Shown here: positions 24,600 to 38,500 of the stretch, piece after piece
Layout of the letters: every line of letters begins with the position of its first letter
Numbering within the stretch: position 1 is the first letter of the stretch
Source of the DNA: Lama guanicoe
Lineage: Eukaryota
Assembly (NCBI GenBank): GCA_013239625.1
Contig: MU053158.1
Coordinates: 1-64,000 of the forward strand
Length of the DNA stretch: 64,000 nucleotides
Direction of reading: 5' to 3'
The notes under the pieces: model-generated
What the model was told of the DNA's origin: nothing
Databases searched by the model: none
What the model saw: the letters and a program-made list of their open reading frames with translations, nothing else
Made by a program: the position numbers and the translations under genes

Positions 24600-25780
24600 T
24601 TTGGGTGAGGGGATCATTTCCCATCTCCTCCATTATCATGGATCTTGCTTCATGGGTCATCCTCTAGCTCATTGATGACTCCAAATTTCTTACTCTGTTA
24701 TTTCTTTCCTCTAATAAAGTAAACATCTTTACCTTTCCAGCATCTTGAAAGAACAAACACACAAACAACTTTTACTGGACTTTATATATCTGTCACCTAC
24801 TCTGACTACAACATCTTTTTCCTTCACAGCTAAGGTTCTAAACACCCTATTTTCTCTTCCTATTTCACATTCCAACTCCCATTTGTTTTTCAGCTCACTG
24901 CAGTATGGCTGGCTTCCAATTCAACTAGTCAAGAGGAAAATGTTCTCAGCAAATTTCAACTGTCCTCAAGTTGCCAGATCTCAGGCACACTTTCAAGCTG
25001 AGATCGTCTCCTTTTAACAGCATTAGTGCTGTTGGCCCACCTCACATGCCAACTCTTCAAATGCTTTCATCCCCACCTTCCATGAACTAGTGTCTCATGA
25101 AACAGTATCTCAAGATTTTTCTTCTATATTTCTGGGCATTTTATCTCAATTACTTGTCTGGGCTCTTCTTCTTCCAGATAGTATTTATAGTTGGTGTCAC
25201 ATTGCATTCCTTTCTCAGTTCAATTTTCTTCTCAGTCTCCAAACTCTCCTTAAGTGATCTTAATGCATATCTGTGAGCTGATAACCAATAAATGTATATC
25301 TATACCTCATAATTGAAAGACTTTTAGATAGGGGTGTGTGTGTGTGTAGATATACTAATCACACACACACAGGCACTGAGCAGCTCTAACTGAATTTCTA
25401 ACAGAAGGTTCACACTCAGGATATCCAAAACTGAACTTAACACCCCGTTTCACTGTCACTCTCATTGCCACTCTCAATAATCCCCATTCTCTGTATTAAA
25501 AGGTTGTCCAGCAATTCATTCAGTACTTCAGTCATTGCAAATAATCCCTCTTGTTAATTCTCCTCTTGTCCTACACATGCAGTCAGTCTTAAAGTCATGT
25601 AAGCTCCATTTCCAAAAGATCATTCTATGCCTACTACCATTTCTTAGATGCAGAACCTTCCCACTTCATGCCTGAGAACCACGGCCATCTCTCAGGTAAT
25701 CTTACCTCCAGAATCAAAGTCTTTTATCATTTCACTACTCTTCTTAAAATGTATTGTCTCCTAATCACTGAGTCTTTATT
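24600..25780 (+). mobile_element. L2 body fragments
   Basis: Pyrimidine-rich L2 motifs: agttgccagatctcagg, aacagcattagtgctgttggccc, ctcaggatatccaaaactgaact. Confidence 0.6.
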
Positions 25781-25849
25781 CTTACCTACTAAATACTGCA
25801 TCTGGAGAGTGCGAGAAATAATTGGAGCGTGATTGAGAGGTCGGGCTGA

Positions 25850-26075
25850 AATGAACAGCTCATGTTGATTAAGTGCTTACAATGTGTCTACCATCTCCTA
25901 TTATCTCATTTTAATCCTCTCAAAGTCCCTATAGACAATGTGTTATGTTTTTCCAAATTTTAAAGATTAAAAAAACTGAAGTGAGAAGGTATTAGTTTTC
26001 CTACCCAAAGTCACAATCTAGTAACTAGAGAGCGATGTGAATCCAGGAAGGCTGAATCCAGGACCCACGCTTCTT
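25850..26075 (-). mobile_element. MIR SINE
   Basis: tgattaagtgcttacaatgtg...attatctcattttaatcctc...aaaactgaag...cccaaagtcaca. Confidence 0.75.
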
Positions 26076-26874
26076 GGAGCTTACATGCAAACTATTGAAA
26101 CCACTGTCTAAGTGACACTTGTTGTATCCCTGGATAAGTATAAAATGTCAAAAGCTCTAGTATAACACATGTGCTTTGAAAGACAGCTGTGTTAAGGTAC
26201 AGTGAGTGACAGGAGCAGTCAGAGAGGTGGACGGACCTGAATAAAACATCAAATAAGTCAAAAAGGGAAATATTTATTTAGAAAAAAAAGAAGTGATCCA
26301 CGGAGTTAAGGCTTCTAAAATGATGAATAGAGACAAGCTACTTTTTAAAAAGCTTTTCAATGTCTCTTAAACAATAACTGATTGCACTGGGAAGAACAGT
26401 TTCATTAGAGTGGAAGTTATTTTTAATAAACTCTGAGTTACATTTTAATGTTTTAACACGATAATTTACAAAAACAAAATAAGAGAATAAGATTCCCCAA
26501 ATTTTCAGTATGCCTCTTTATGCTAACAATAAAACATTTTATTTGCTCCTGAAATAGTACAAATAAAGAGAATGGAGAAACTGTGTCATGTTATTTTAAT
26601 AACTATTTCAATATGAATAGAATAAAACATAATGAAGAACACATGTCTGCTTGGTGCTAATGACATAACATTTTGCAGTTTTAGAGATAAAGCAAAATGC
26701 ATAATTTGAACCAGATGTTGAAATGCTGTGGGATTATTATCTAAGGACAAATATTTCAGAAAATATGTGGAAAAGGTGACCACATATTTGCTACTGGGAG
26801 TCCTCTATGTGGGCGTCTTTATGTTGTACTTTCGTTGGTTTCTCAAAATGAAATACAATCTGTTCTCAATACTG

Positions 26875-26931
26875 TATATATATTATATATATATATATAC
26901 ACATATATATATATATAATATATATACATAT
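26875..26931 (+). repeat. (TA)n-rich microsatellite
   Basis: Read directly. Confidence 0.9.
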
Positions 26932-26944
26932 TTTAATCCCATAG

Positions 26945-27200
26945 GAGAGGCAGTTCAGCCAAGTGGTTAAGAGCTCGGATTCTGTAGTCGCATTTTTGGC
27001 TTTATCACTTTCTGGCTATGGGATCTTGGGAAACCTAACCTCTTTGTGCCTCAGATTCATCATTTGAATATGAGAACGATAATACTTAAACCTGCCTCAT
27101 AGGCCTGTCGTGTTGCTTAGATCAGGATGATCCCGGTGAAGTGCCTTCCAGGGGAGCACAGCACTCAGTAAGACATCGTATGACTGCCTTGGTTATTACT
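26945..27200 (+). mobile_element. MIR SINE (near full length)
   Basis: agtggttaagagctcggattctg...aacctctttgtgcctcagattcatcatttg...cctgcctcatagg...cactcagtaa. Confidence 0.85.
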
Positions 27201-29489
27201 ACTGCTTTTTTCATTATTACTATCAATAAAACACCCTTCCAAATTATTTACTGTTCATCTGAGCGTTGTTACAGTTTCGCGCATCACTGGGTGTGTCTGT
27301 CTGTATCTTGAGAAGTGTGTCGGTTAGGCTCTTTCAAGTTCCATGGCACAGGAGCACGCTCAGATGAGCAGGGCTTATTTTTACAACGTACAGGAAAGTT
27401 TGGGAAAGCAGAAAGTGGTCTTAGAAGCTCCTCCAGACCTAAAATGTCTTTTCTTACAGTTCCTCATCACCCCTGGCTCTCTTGCTCTGGCTATCACTGT
27501 ACTGATTCAGAAGCATCTCTACTGGTCGTTTCTGCAGGAGCAGCTCTTGCCCGGGCTCTAGGGAAACACTTCTGCCCATTCAATACCCAGCTTCCTCGGC
27601 AGAGCCGGTCACACCTGAACTGCCTCTAACATCAGGGTCAGCAATTTCAACTTAAACTCACTGAGAAAGAAATGCCTTGATGGTTTGGCCACCACAGTCC
27701 AGCATAGTGTGTCCCTTGTACGTGGGGCTCTCCCCTTGGTCACCACATAGACTGCACAGCGGTGATCCTTTGTTAATTAACTATGTAGCCAGCAGAAAGG
27801 GAACAGGACAAGATGAGATCAGTATAGAGGTGCTATTATCCTGAGGCTTCCTGAAGGGATCAGTGTAACTGGTAGAGGCGGTGTGTAGCATCCCCAGCAC
27901 ATCCAGTACATCATGTGTGCCAGGGGCACAGCAAGACTCATTTTTTAACTCATTGGCTTCTCTAGCAGTCACTTTGGCATTTAAAAACACAGTATTTATA
28001 TTGATAATGGACTCCTCGGGGGAAGTCATTGGGCCCTCTCTCTCCATGCCACCCTTCTTTGGGAACTGCTTTCCTTATTTGACCACAGGATGGCAGAGGT
28101 TAGTCTGGGCAGCGATTCTGCACAACGTGCCTTGCTTCTCACTGGGCCAGGCAAGGCCATCAGATTCCTCAAAGGTGATCACTTAGCCCAAGCTACGCTC
28201 AGCTCAGTCCCTAGGAATTTAAAGTCAGGACTGAGAAAGAAAAGTCCGCTGTGGGCGCAACATGCCAACTCAGGATTCGGCAGAAGCCATGGTTGCTTTG
28301 CTTTGTTTTCTTGCATTTCTTGTTAGTTGGTTTTCTGTTTGTTTTTCTGTATTATATGGTCAGGAAACTAGGAGTAAGCTTATCTTTGAGAGAAAGAAAA
28401 CTGAAGCAGACACAGAGAGAGGCATAATGCCTTCCACTTCCTAATCCCACACAGTGCCGAAGAATGAAATTTATACCTACTCTTCAGTTCTGTGAGACGG
28501 TTCAGGATCATTATAGCATATCCTTCACATTGTTAGGCTAGGGCCTATGAGTATCTGTTATTTGAAACATAGAATTCGAATAATCAGCATAAAGATAGCT
28601 AAATGTTTCCTCTAAGGATGTAAACTAGGCACTAAAAATGGCATAGGTTTTATATAAAAATTTCAAAGTAAATTTTGCAACCATTTGTCATGGAAGAAGT
28701 TTGGGGAGGCTTTGAGTATTACCTTTGGGGATGAACATGTTTCATAAAAGAAGTTTGGGGAGGCTTCTTTGGGGACGAACATGTTCTGTGACCTCAGCTA
28801 CACACCTTGTGCTTTTTTGTCTCATCTTTGTTTTAAACTGTTTAGGTCTTACATTTTCTTGCTGACATATAATAAAGAAAATAAATATTTATCTCAGGAT
28901 CTATAATTCACAGAAATACTAATTCTCCTTATTTAAAAATATAGGTATAAAGGTAGACAGTATAAGAGATGGTGCAAGGTTTGTACCAAATTCAGGATAT
29001 ATGTTTAAATACCTGAAGATGAGTAGGTATTACTAAACCCAAGCCTGATGTGAATCTATTTTCTTAAAGTTTGCCTCTTCCTCGAAAGAAATGAAATATA
29101 TACATATATACATAAGTTTTCTATAATTATGGGTCTTAAATATGTTTGCATTCCCCAACACAGACATAGAACTGGCCAGGTAGTAATATTCTTGTCTAAT
29201 TATTACCGTCTGGCCTCAGTCACCCCCAAATCACAATCCTTACAGCCTTTTCTGACTTCCTTTAATAACTGGTTTTAGATACTGGGGGCTTACTTGGGCG
29301 TAAGCTATCCTGGCTGGTTAGATCCAGATAAGCCCTGAAGAACTCCCCAAAAGAATATATATTTCTGAGTGTTCTAATTCCTGAGAATTATCTTTTTCCT
29401 TTGTACGACTCATCTGTTGCCTGGACATATTGTTGGAGGTTAGGGGAAGGATTTTTGGCTTCCCTTCATCCCCCCTTTCTTTTCCCCAA

Positions 29490-30040
29490 TTATTTCAACC
29501 ATTATTGCTGCATAACAAACCACCCCTACCTCAGTGGCCTAAAACAACAACCATTTGGGGTGTTCATAAATTCTGTGGGTCAGGAATTTCAGTAGCGTTC
29601 AAAAAAGATGGCTGATTTCTGCTCCATTGTTCTGGAGTGTTAGCTGAACAGACTCAAATATATGGGGTGACTCAGACACATTGGGGATAGACTATTCTGG
29701 AGCCTTCTTCACTCACATATCTGGTGTCTGGGGTAGGAGGACATAAGCCTGGGCTCAGCTGGACTGCAGCTGGATACTGTCACATGGCCTGGGGAGGTGG
29801 TTTGGGTTTCTCTCCACATGGCAACTGGCTACTGGGCTCTGACATACCCAAGAGGAAGCATCTGGAGAGGAAGCATCAAAGAGAACAAAGTACAAGCCAT
29901 ATGGCATTTTTATGACCTAGTCTTGGACATGACAATAGCATCACTTCCCCACTCAATTTTCTGGGGGAGGGGACATAGACCCCACCTCTTAATGGAAGGA
30001 ATGTCAAAAATTTCTCAGTCCTTTTAAATCCACTCAACTA
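29490..30040 (-). mobile_element. MaLR solo LTR (MLT1G/H-like)
   Basis: attgctgcataacaaaccaccc..cagtggcctaaaacaacaacc; ttctgtgggtcaggaatt; ttttatgacctagtcttgg; gaccccacctcttaatggaagga. Confidence 0.85.
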
Positions 30041-30479
30041 AATGCGAATCTAAGTGTACATTATTGGTAAAACTAAATTGGAAAATACAGCAGGGGTATA
30101 CTACTTGCTATCTTATTTAAATTTGCCTACCTAGTTGCAGTTAAAATTTCAGAGGAGCAGCCTTTGCCCCATCACTCCATTCACTGTAGAGGAGGATAGA
30201 TTCCAGGACATTCATCACATCAGAAGAGAAACGTACTCTGCTTGAAGGCGGGCCAGGCAGGGAAGAAAGTTTTTGTGACACCAACTCTTACACAGACAAA
30301 TTTGATAGTACTCTAAGCCCCAACACTCAGTAAAAGGAGAATCTCAAAGAGACTAGGGTAATAGTAAACTGTCCTTCAACTGGGTTCATTTGCCAAATTG
30401 GAGAAACTTGAGCTTTAGTTTTCATGACCTCCTGGTTGTGACCCTTAGAAAGTGACTATAAGGTTTACAAACTAAAGTA

Positions 30480-31170
30480 ATATAAGATAGACTGTGAATC
30501 TAATCCAAAAGAATAGAAAATATGAGACTGCATCAAATGAGAATTATTTCTGTTGTTTTGGGAAAATTGTGTTTACTTGGCCACCATGAAAAACAAAGTT
30601 CTTATTTTGCATCATGGTCAAATATATTGAAAACCACTGTCCTAGGAAAAATCCTGTGTATAACCAGGAGAAAGGTATAAGAATGTTCAGATAGCACTGT
30701 TCCCATTAGAAAAATAACAAGATACATTCCAATGTCTATAAATAGAAGAATGGTAAATAATTTGTGGTATGTCCACATAATGGAATACTGTGCAACAGAG
30801 AGAATTGGTGAATACAGCTAAAAGGAACAACATGGCTAAATCTTAGGGATGATTAACTTAAAGATCATATTTCTGAAGAATATAGTATGATTTGACTAGT
30901 ATACATAAAAAACATGCAAAAGCAAACAAAATATTAAGTACAGGAATACACAGTAAAATTTGAAAAATGTGGGGGGAGGGTGTAGCTCAAAGTGGCAGAG
31001 CGCATGCTTAGCATGCACGAGGTCCTGGGTTCAAACCCCAGTACTTCCTCTAAAAAGTAAATAAATAAATAAACCGAAGTACATCCCTCCCCCCAGAACA
31101 AAATAAATAAATAAAATTTAAATTTAAAAAATATTTTGAAAAATGCAAGAGATGATCAATGCAGATTTTA
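30480..31170 (+). mobile_element. L1ME-type 3' fragment (interrupted by SINE)
   Basis: aatgtctataaatagaagaatggtaaataatttgtggtatgtccacataatggaatactg...aacaacatggctaaatct. Confidence 0.65.
30971..31130 (+). mobile_element. Vic-1-type camelid SINE (tRNA-Ala derived)
   Basis: ggggggagggtgtagctcaaagtggcagagcgcatgcttagcatgcacgaggtcctgggttcaaacccc (A box; B box 31028-31038); (TAAA)n tail; 11-bp TSD tttgaaaaatg (30959-30969, 31135-31145). Confidence 0.9.
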
Positions 31171-33689
31171 CGAGGTTCAATTTTACAAGGCATTTTCTTG
31201 GATTTTTGCTGCCAGTAAATAGTGTATGTCTCCTAACACCAGCCACATCTTCCTAATGTGACCCTGAACAGTCAAAATGTCTCACGTTCTGGTTTACCGA
31301 TGCCTTAATCTTAAATTCATCCAGTGCTATTGTAATTTCTGTATGTTATTTGTGTCCCTAAGTGCCAGTTCTTTTCTGTTTTCTAACGTTTCCAGCCAGC
31401 AAAACAAGGTGTAAGGATATTGCAGGCCCCCACAAATAAAAATCTTTCTTTCCAATGAATGGAACACAGTTGTTCCAGGAAACACTAGGCATAAAGGGGA
31501 AGTCAAAATTAAGATGTCACATTAAATAAGCCTCCTTCATCATGTCGTAAGTTCTGGAAAAAGACCATAATTTTGCAAATGCCATTCATTCTTTGAGGTG
31601 ATTGCAAATATTGGTGATATTTTCCCCCTCTTGGTATGACACCATGATTATTCCTGATGGAGAGATCTATACCTACTGAGTTTAAGTTCACAGATCATGA
31701 GCTCTGGATAATGGGCCCTGAACAACCAACATGTTAGCAAAGGTAAAAAGCAAGCCTTTCCATCTCTGTCCACCCTCCATCCTACAGCTCTTCTCATGCT
31801 CTTTCTTTTTTGCACATTTCTTGGCTCTACAAACTAAATTTGCTCAAATAACACATTATTGTTACACAGTTGTTACCTGGTGTAGCAACCAGGGAGCAGA
31901 TCTAGCTGGAGCAGGAACCCAGACAGACAGAATCAAGAGTTGGGAATCACTACACCACGGACAAATGGCACTGGTTGTGATTTTATTCCACTTTGATGTT
32001 ACATGGCTTTATTTATTAGGCATAAAATAACTTTTAAAAGGAAATGATCAAAGTGATGAGTCAGCTTCAAAAAGTTCAGTGTTTTTGGTTCAACTGAGTG
32101 CAAGTACTCTCATTTGATAATTCATTTTAAATGCCAGGCTTCCTATCTCATTTTCCTCCCAACTGTTCAAATTTTATGTCCATCCAACAGCTGTATTCAA
32201 GGTAAATTTGCCAAATGTGAATCATTTTCTGTGCTGCTGGGTACCAGTTGCTAGGAATGATGCTTCATTGTTTTTCTCTTCAATGGCATCATTAAAACTC
32301 CAGTCAGTTAATCATCAAAGGAATTACACAAACAACTTTTTCAATTGCACCAAACATAACAAAGCTTGTCAAATTTATTTTTGTACAAAATTTCCATGAC
32401 AATAATGAAGCAAACACCAGCGTCTGTCAGGCATCACAGTCTCTGCGTCAGTTTTATATTTATCCATCCTAAACTTGTCAAAATATCACGACCATCCCTA
32501 GGCAGATATGTTTGCTTGAGATTTTGTACGTACCTTTGCCAAAAGAAGACATTTAAACAATGTGCCTATTTATGAATGCTCAATCCTAAATGATAAGTAA
32601 ATATAAAAGGAAATAGAAGTGAGAATTTGGGGCTTCACATCAAATCTTTTAAAAAAATACTTTTCACGTGCATTAATTCCTTAATATAGTTTCAGCAATC
32701 ACCCATTGCTAATTAGGTTATGAGATATTTCTCTGATGCTGTACTTTAAATGGGTATCTAGAAACATTGCTATGACTTTAAAAGAGAAAAGGGAAAAGGA
32801 GGGTTAAGTGAATTTGTTAAATCGGTCTTTCCTTCTTGCCAGGTCCCTGCATTGTATCAGCGTCTATGATCAGCATCTGGATAGTCCCAGATTGGAGGTT
32901 AAAAAATGCATAGAACAGGGATCTGAGGTGGTAACAGGAGTCTTCAGTTTAGACATCTTCCAAGTCTACCTTCTAATTTTCTGCTCTGAGTTAAGGACAC
33001 AGGAGAGTTTTTGAATATAATGAAGATCTATCAACTAATTGGCCCACAGAGCAGGTAACATTGATTTTGGTAAATTGTTGCCATTTCTCCACATTCGTGC
33101 TCCAAAAGATGACTTCTAGGTTTTTCATTCAAATATGAATTGACTCTCCAGTGCATAGATAGGCTATTTTTAACAGTATGCTCCAAAGAGGTTTTTATAT
33201 TTTCCTTTTAATACTCCCCATCTAATGAAATATATTATACAAATAGAGCTTAGTATGAAACATATTTCTGTATTTTCCCCTTACTTGCTCTTGGATCCCA
33301 TTAAAAATTTAAAATATTGGGGGAAAAAACTCTTCCTTGAAATATTAAAATTACACTTTCAAATGCATAATAGAGTCGAAAACAATTTCCTCCAAGTTAC
33401 TCAAAACAGTGTATTAACAAATCTCAATATTAAAACTAATGGGTTGCAATCAAAATAAATCAGCAAATAACAGTAATTAAAGCAAAGATGAAATATAGTA
33501 CCAGAAATTCATAGCAGTATAATTAGCCTTTTTGTCCTTCCTTAAGAAGGTTTCTAAGATAATTAGCACGGCACATCCTAAAGTTTTATTGATCTGGTTA
33601 AATTTACTACTAACCAGTGCTCAGCAAATATATAATTTTCAGCAATAAACAAATATTAATGTGCTTGTTCTATTTTGATCTCTGCTTTA

Positions 33690-34150
33690 ATTTTTTTGCA
33701 TTGTAATGCTTTATTTAATACATAAATGATATTATGTGTAAGTTATAAAGAATAATAATATGAAGAATTACATTGAACCCACTACGTAACTCCCCTAAAT
33801 GGACTATGTCCTACAATTTCCATCTCCTTTGTGCCATTCTTTTCTCACAGCGCCCTTCGAGATAATCACTATTCTACATTCTGTGTTCACCACTCCTTAG
33901 ATTTTCTAGTTTCATCATGTGAGTGTATTCCTGGGTTTTGTTTGAGTTCTATAGTTGTATATATTATTGTAAGTCATCCCCCGGGACTTGCTGTTTTGTC
34001 CTGATGTATCTTCATGTATCCCTGTTGTCATGTTGACCACAGTTCATTTCTTTTTACTGCAACATTGTCTCTAATTGTATGAATGTACCCCAGTTTGTTT
34101 ATTTATTTTTTTGTCAATGTGATTTTGAATTTTTTCAAGTTTTGGAGGGA
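33690..34150 (-). mobile_element. L1ME-type 3' fragment
   Basis: gataatcactattctacattctgtgttc; acagttcatttctttttactgc..ttgtatgaatgtaccccagtttgtttat. Confidence 0.6.
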
Positions 34151-34229
34151 TGTGTCATACTCTCTCTATTTTTATCCTCACAAACACTGCTTCTATGTTC
34201 TCTAGTGTCTATGTATAAACTGTTCATTA

Positions 34230-34950
34230 AGTGTCTATTTCCTCTTTATACTGGGCACACAGTTAAATAAGCATGTAACAGTTCTGGCCAATGAAATGTG
34301 AGACAAAGTATTTTACATTTAGGAGACAGCTTTCAAGAAGTATGTTTGCTCTTTCCATGTTCTCGTTCCCCCTCCACCAACTGATCACAGAAAATTAGAG
34401 GCTTTAGAAGATGGGAAGTTCACAAGCTCAGTCCCCAGGGTGAAATTTGAAATTGGACCCTATACACAGAGAGCAAGGAGAGACCAAAGGAAGAGGCAGA
34501 CCAGGCCATGTTGGTGGGTTGCAGATTTAATAAGCAAAGGAGCTTACATAGGAGGCTTGTCTTGAGCGGACGCAATGTAGATCTCCCCACCATACCCTAT
34601 TCCCTGCCAGAATCTTAAAAGCTTATATAGAGGACTTAATAGTCAGTCAAGATGGTCTCAACATCACCTTAGTCTCTCAAGTTTGCATCCTTGAAATGGC
34701 TCCTAGTGATGGAAGGTTGAGTAGAGCATACATTCCAAGGACAGGGGATGGGTAGGGAGCCTCTCTGATTGCCAGGATCCAGCTCTTGGATCAACTGGCA
34801 GTCACATCCTCTCAACAACCAACAGTCTGAATGGTCATGCAGCATCCTCAGGGCAAGTGCTACATATTTGAATTATTATTTGAATGAGAAATAAACTTCT
34901 AGATTATTAAGCCCATTTATACATTTTGTAATGTGCTTGTTAAAACTGTC
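34230..34950 (+). mobile_element. MaLR LTR (MLT1I-like), split by the LTR at 34441-34824
   Basis: agttctggccaatgaaatgtgag on the left; tgagaaataaacttct..ttaagccc..ttgtta on the right. Confidence 0.65.
34441..34824 (-). mobile_element. ERV-type solo LTR (family not assigned)
   Basis: TG...CA-bounded block interrupting the MLT1; TATA-like and ATTAAA-type motifs on the minus strand; no clear TSD. Confidence 0.6.
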
Positions 34951-34974
34951 AGTAGCCCTCTAACTGTTTCACTG

Positions 34975-35211
34975 AGCAAAATGTTTCCACGACCATGCTC
35001 CCCAAGGAAGCATTTGACAATGTCTGTCAGAGCAGGGACCAGAGGAAGGTGAGATATGACCTGAGAGAGTGTGACCACCGACACCCTAAGCACCTCACCC
35101 CCAAAGCGGGTTGCTGCTGGCATCTAGTAAGTAAGGACCAGGGATGCTACTAAATCCCACAGTGCAGCCCCTGCCACAAAATATCAATAGTGCCAAAATT
35201 GACAAAACCTG
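34975..35211 (+). mobile_element. MER20 (hAT-Charlie) DNA transposon
   Basis: catttgacaatgtctg..tgctggcatctagt..ccagggatgctactaaa..tcaatagtgcc..aaaacctg. Confidence 0.8.
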
Positions 35212-35479
35212 TTCTAATTAATACAAGCAAATAACAAATAAAAACTTAATAAATGATAGCAACCCTAAGGTAGCTTAAAATCTACACTTTAGGTTAAATT
35301 TCTACTCTCAAATTTCGTATTTCATCCAATAGTACAATAATCCAAATTCACAATATTAGGTAAAGACTGTGTCTTAAATGTGTGGCTTTCCACTTTTCAA
35401 ATTAGGCAGATGCTCTTATAAAGTTTAAAATGCAAATGCACTGGAAAATATGACTTTATTTTTAAGAATGTTTTGAGAG

Positions 35480-35530
35480 ATATATGTATATATATGTATG
35501 TGCGTGTGTGTGTATATATATACATATATA
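35480..35530 (+). repeat. Mixed (TA)/(TG) microsatellite
   Basis: Read directly. Confidence 0.85.
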
Positions 35531-38500
35531 AAATTTCACCAATCAGATCAGGTACTGAAATATAAATGCTAATCTTTGGTAATCCATAAAATGGTGTGAT
35601 GTTAAGAAATATATTGGATTATTCTACTAGGAAAATTAAAATGGACGAAGCATGACATAAAAGGTAAAAACAACTTGCTATCCTAATCTGCCCGTACTTT
35701 GCCATGTGCCTCCAACGTGTCATTCTAACATGAAGTCCTGGGTCAGCTAAGCTTCAGGGTTGCTGTCTGCCCAAACAGTAATCCGATTTATTAATTTTCC
35801 TGGCTGGCCTTAGTGTTTGGCTCCAAATCAGGTTCTCTTCCTGGTTTTGTGCATCCATCGCTAGCTACACTTGCTTGGCCAGTTCCCATTTCATATTTAT
35901 TATCTCCAGAGGCTCCAAAGGGAGACAAGACAGCAAAGTTGAAGAGCAGAAACTCTGGGTTCCAATGTGATTTTTACCATTTTCTAAAATCAAGACCTTG
36001 AATGAGAAAAAAACCTTCTTGTGATATATTTTCCTGTCTGTAACTTGATGATAATAGGATCATGTGAGGGACAAAGAGAAGTAATATATGTGAAACACTT
36101 AGACCCACACCTGGAATGTAGTAAACTTTTTTTTTTAAAGTCAGCTTGATTATAACGGTCTTTATTGCTTTCCTTGCTCTCATGTTTTGGGATTTTCTTA
36201 TTCCTGTCTGTGTGCCTGCTTGATTTATTTTTCACTGATCAGTTTGCTTTCTAGTCATCCTCTGTATGACTATCTGCTCTGTCTTTGGTTTGCTCTTGTG
36301 TTGTATGTATAGATTCATCAAGCAAATGTCCCCTGGGTGCCTAATATGTTCTCCTCTGGTTATAGCAGTGAACAAAACAGACAAACCTCCTTGCCTTCAT
36401 AGAACTTGCCATAGAACGTGCTCCATTCATACCTTGACTCATGGCATGATTGCTGGGCTCTTGATTTCTTCCCCGTGGCTGATCTGATTTTCTTACCGTA
36501 ACTCTTAACTTTAGTGACTCCTTTAGCTAGCCTCAATATGCCTTCTAATCTTCTCTGCTGTAAACCGATGAGAAGGGCTGACCGAGTCTGGACATTGGTT
36601 CCAGCTCCATGAGTTGCAAAAATTACCGCATGGAAATGAAAACCAAGGAAGTGCTGTGTAGCCATTTGCCTGATACACGAGACAGATTTACTTGGTGTCT
36701 TCTCACCAGAGTTGGTGCAGATAAAAAGTACTAGAGATAGAAGACCACATGAAATGACCAAAACCTATCCAGAGGAAATTTTAGCATGTAAGTCTAAGCA
36801 CTGTCAATTACTGGGATCGAAATAAGGACTTTTTGTGTGCTGTTGGACATAGGGTACTTGGAAACCTTTTTGTCATCTATAGATGTACTAAAGGTATCCC
36901 TAGTCATCTGACATTGTTTCTGTACGATATTGTTGTCCAGGATCACAGTAAAAAAATGCCATTTTTAATTATATTTTTGGTGACTATGTTAAAGATAAAA
37001 ATGGGCTGGATAGAATGTATGTCACATAAAAATGCGTGAATGAGCATTATTACGACTAGTAGAAGGTAGAAGTCTTCTGTTACTGTGCAGCTACATAAGA
37101 GTTAATTTTATTTCCTAGCTTATGTTTTATGTCTTTTAATGTTTTAATTTTGAAAAATACCCTAGGAAAATTACACAATGATTTTTAAAAATGAATAATC
37201 ATACACTTTCTACATCATGAACATAGAGCCTTAAAGTTATCTTTGAAGCAAACAGAAGACCTTTAATTTGCTGCCGACTAATGCCATATGCCTTTTCAAG
37301 ACACAGGGGAGGGATTAACACTGTGTAGGGACATGTAAACAGAGAAAATCAGTCACAGGTGCTAGGGCATAATAATGATTGCCTGCCTATGAAATCATAA
37401 TCCTGATGTTCCTCAGATAGAAAATAAGGTTCCTCTTGGGAACATAAAATCAAGTTTTGTAACAGTTACAGGCTATTTTTCAAATGAGTCGATGAGGGAA
37501 GACCCATGAATGACTCCGTGATTTCTATCAAAGCAGTTGTGTTACGTTATCAGGGTACCGAGCACAGAAACCTACTCTGTGAAACTTCTGAATTTTGACA
37601 GTAATGAGAAAGTGAAATAATAACTCAGTTATGAGCAATGGCAGTTTTTCATTTGTTAGCTCCTAATATGAACATTACATATATTTTCTGTCATATTTCT
37701 ATAAATATTAGCATATTTCAAAATAGCTATTTTAGTTTATATGTGGAAATTACTCTCTAAGTGATTAATAGGGCTCAAAACTAGTACTATTTAATAGTGT
37801 TACATTATCTAATTGAGTTGTAGTACTTTGTAATCTCACGTATGTGAAATGTATGTACGCCAAGGATTAGACTAACTTACCTCCCTTGATCCAACTAGTT
37901 CAACAGTGACTTTTATTAATTATTTATGCAGTGAATGAACGCACTATGGGAAGAGTTTGGTCATGTTAGAGAACTTAAGAGCCGAATGACTGTCAAAGAT
38001 ATGACATGGGAATCTCTTGCCCTGTCAGTTACAGAAATTGTTTTTAAATTATACTGTGGACTGGAACTGGCCTTACAGAGAACAGTAAAGACACTTTCTA
38101 AGCGTCAGAGGCCACTGACTCTGGATTATGTGATTTAGCTTTTAGTAAAATCAGACATAAAGAGGTAGTACAACCAAAGCAGTTTTTCATCCCATACAGA
38201 AAACCATACGAATTTCATCTGGTTTTGGATATTCACGTGAAATTTGAGCAACCTAGGTTACATACAAGCCTATAAATCTAGCTTTGAAATAAGAGTTTCA
38301 ATATTTTATTACAAGGACGTGTGAAATCCTAGAACCTTGTCCATCTAGGGCCTGAATTTGGCTCATTGTGGAACTTTTAAAAACACCCTGTCCGAACTAC
38401 CCTTGGTTGAACAGCCTTCTCCACCAACTGAAAACTATGGATGCAGCATCTAAGAAGGCGTCAGGGACGAGCTACGTTTAGTCAGTGCTCCTGCAATTCC

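Noticed and set aside
30971..31050. tRNA-Ala gene
   Set aside because: Followed by a SINE tail and flanked by a TSD, so it is a SINE head.
36360..36761. 133-aa minus-strand ORF with a possible exon at 36497-36557 (donor ACG|GTAAGA)
   Set aside because: No recognisable homology, weak acceptor, and the ORF end overlaps an L2-like fragment.
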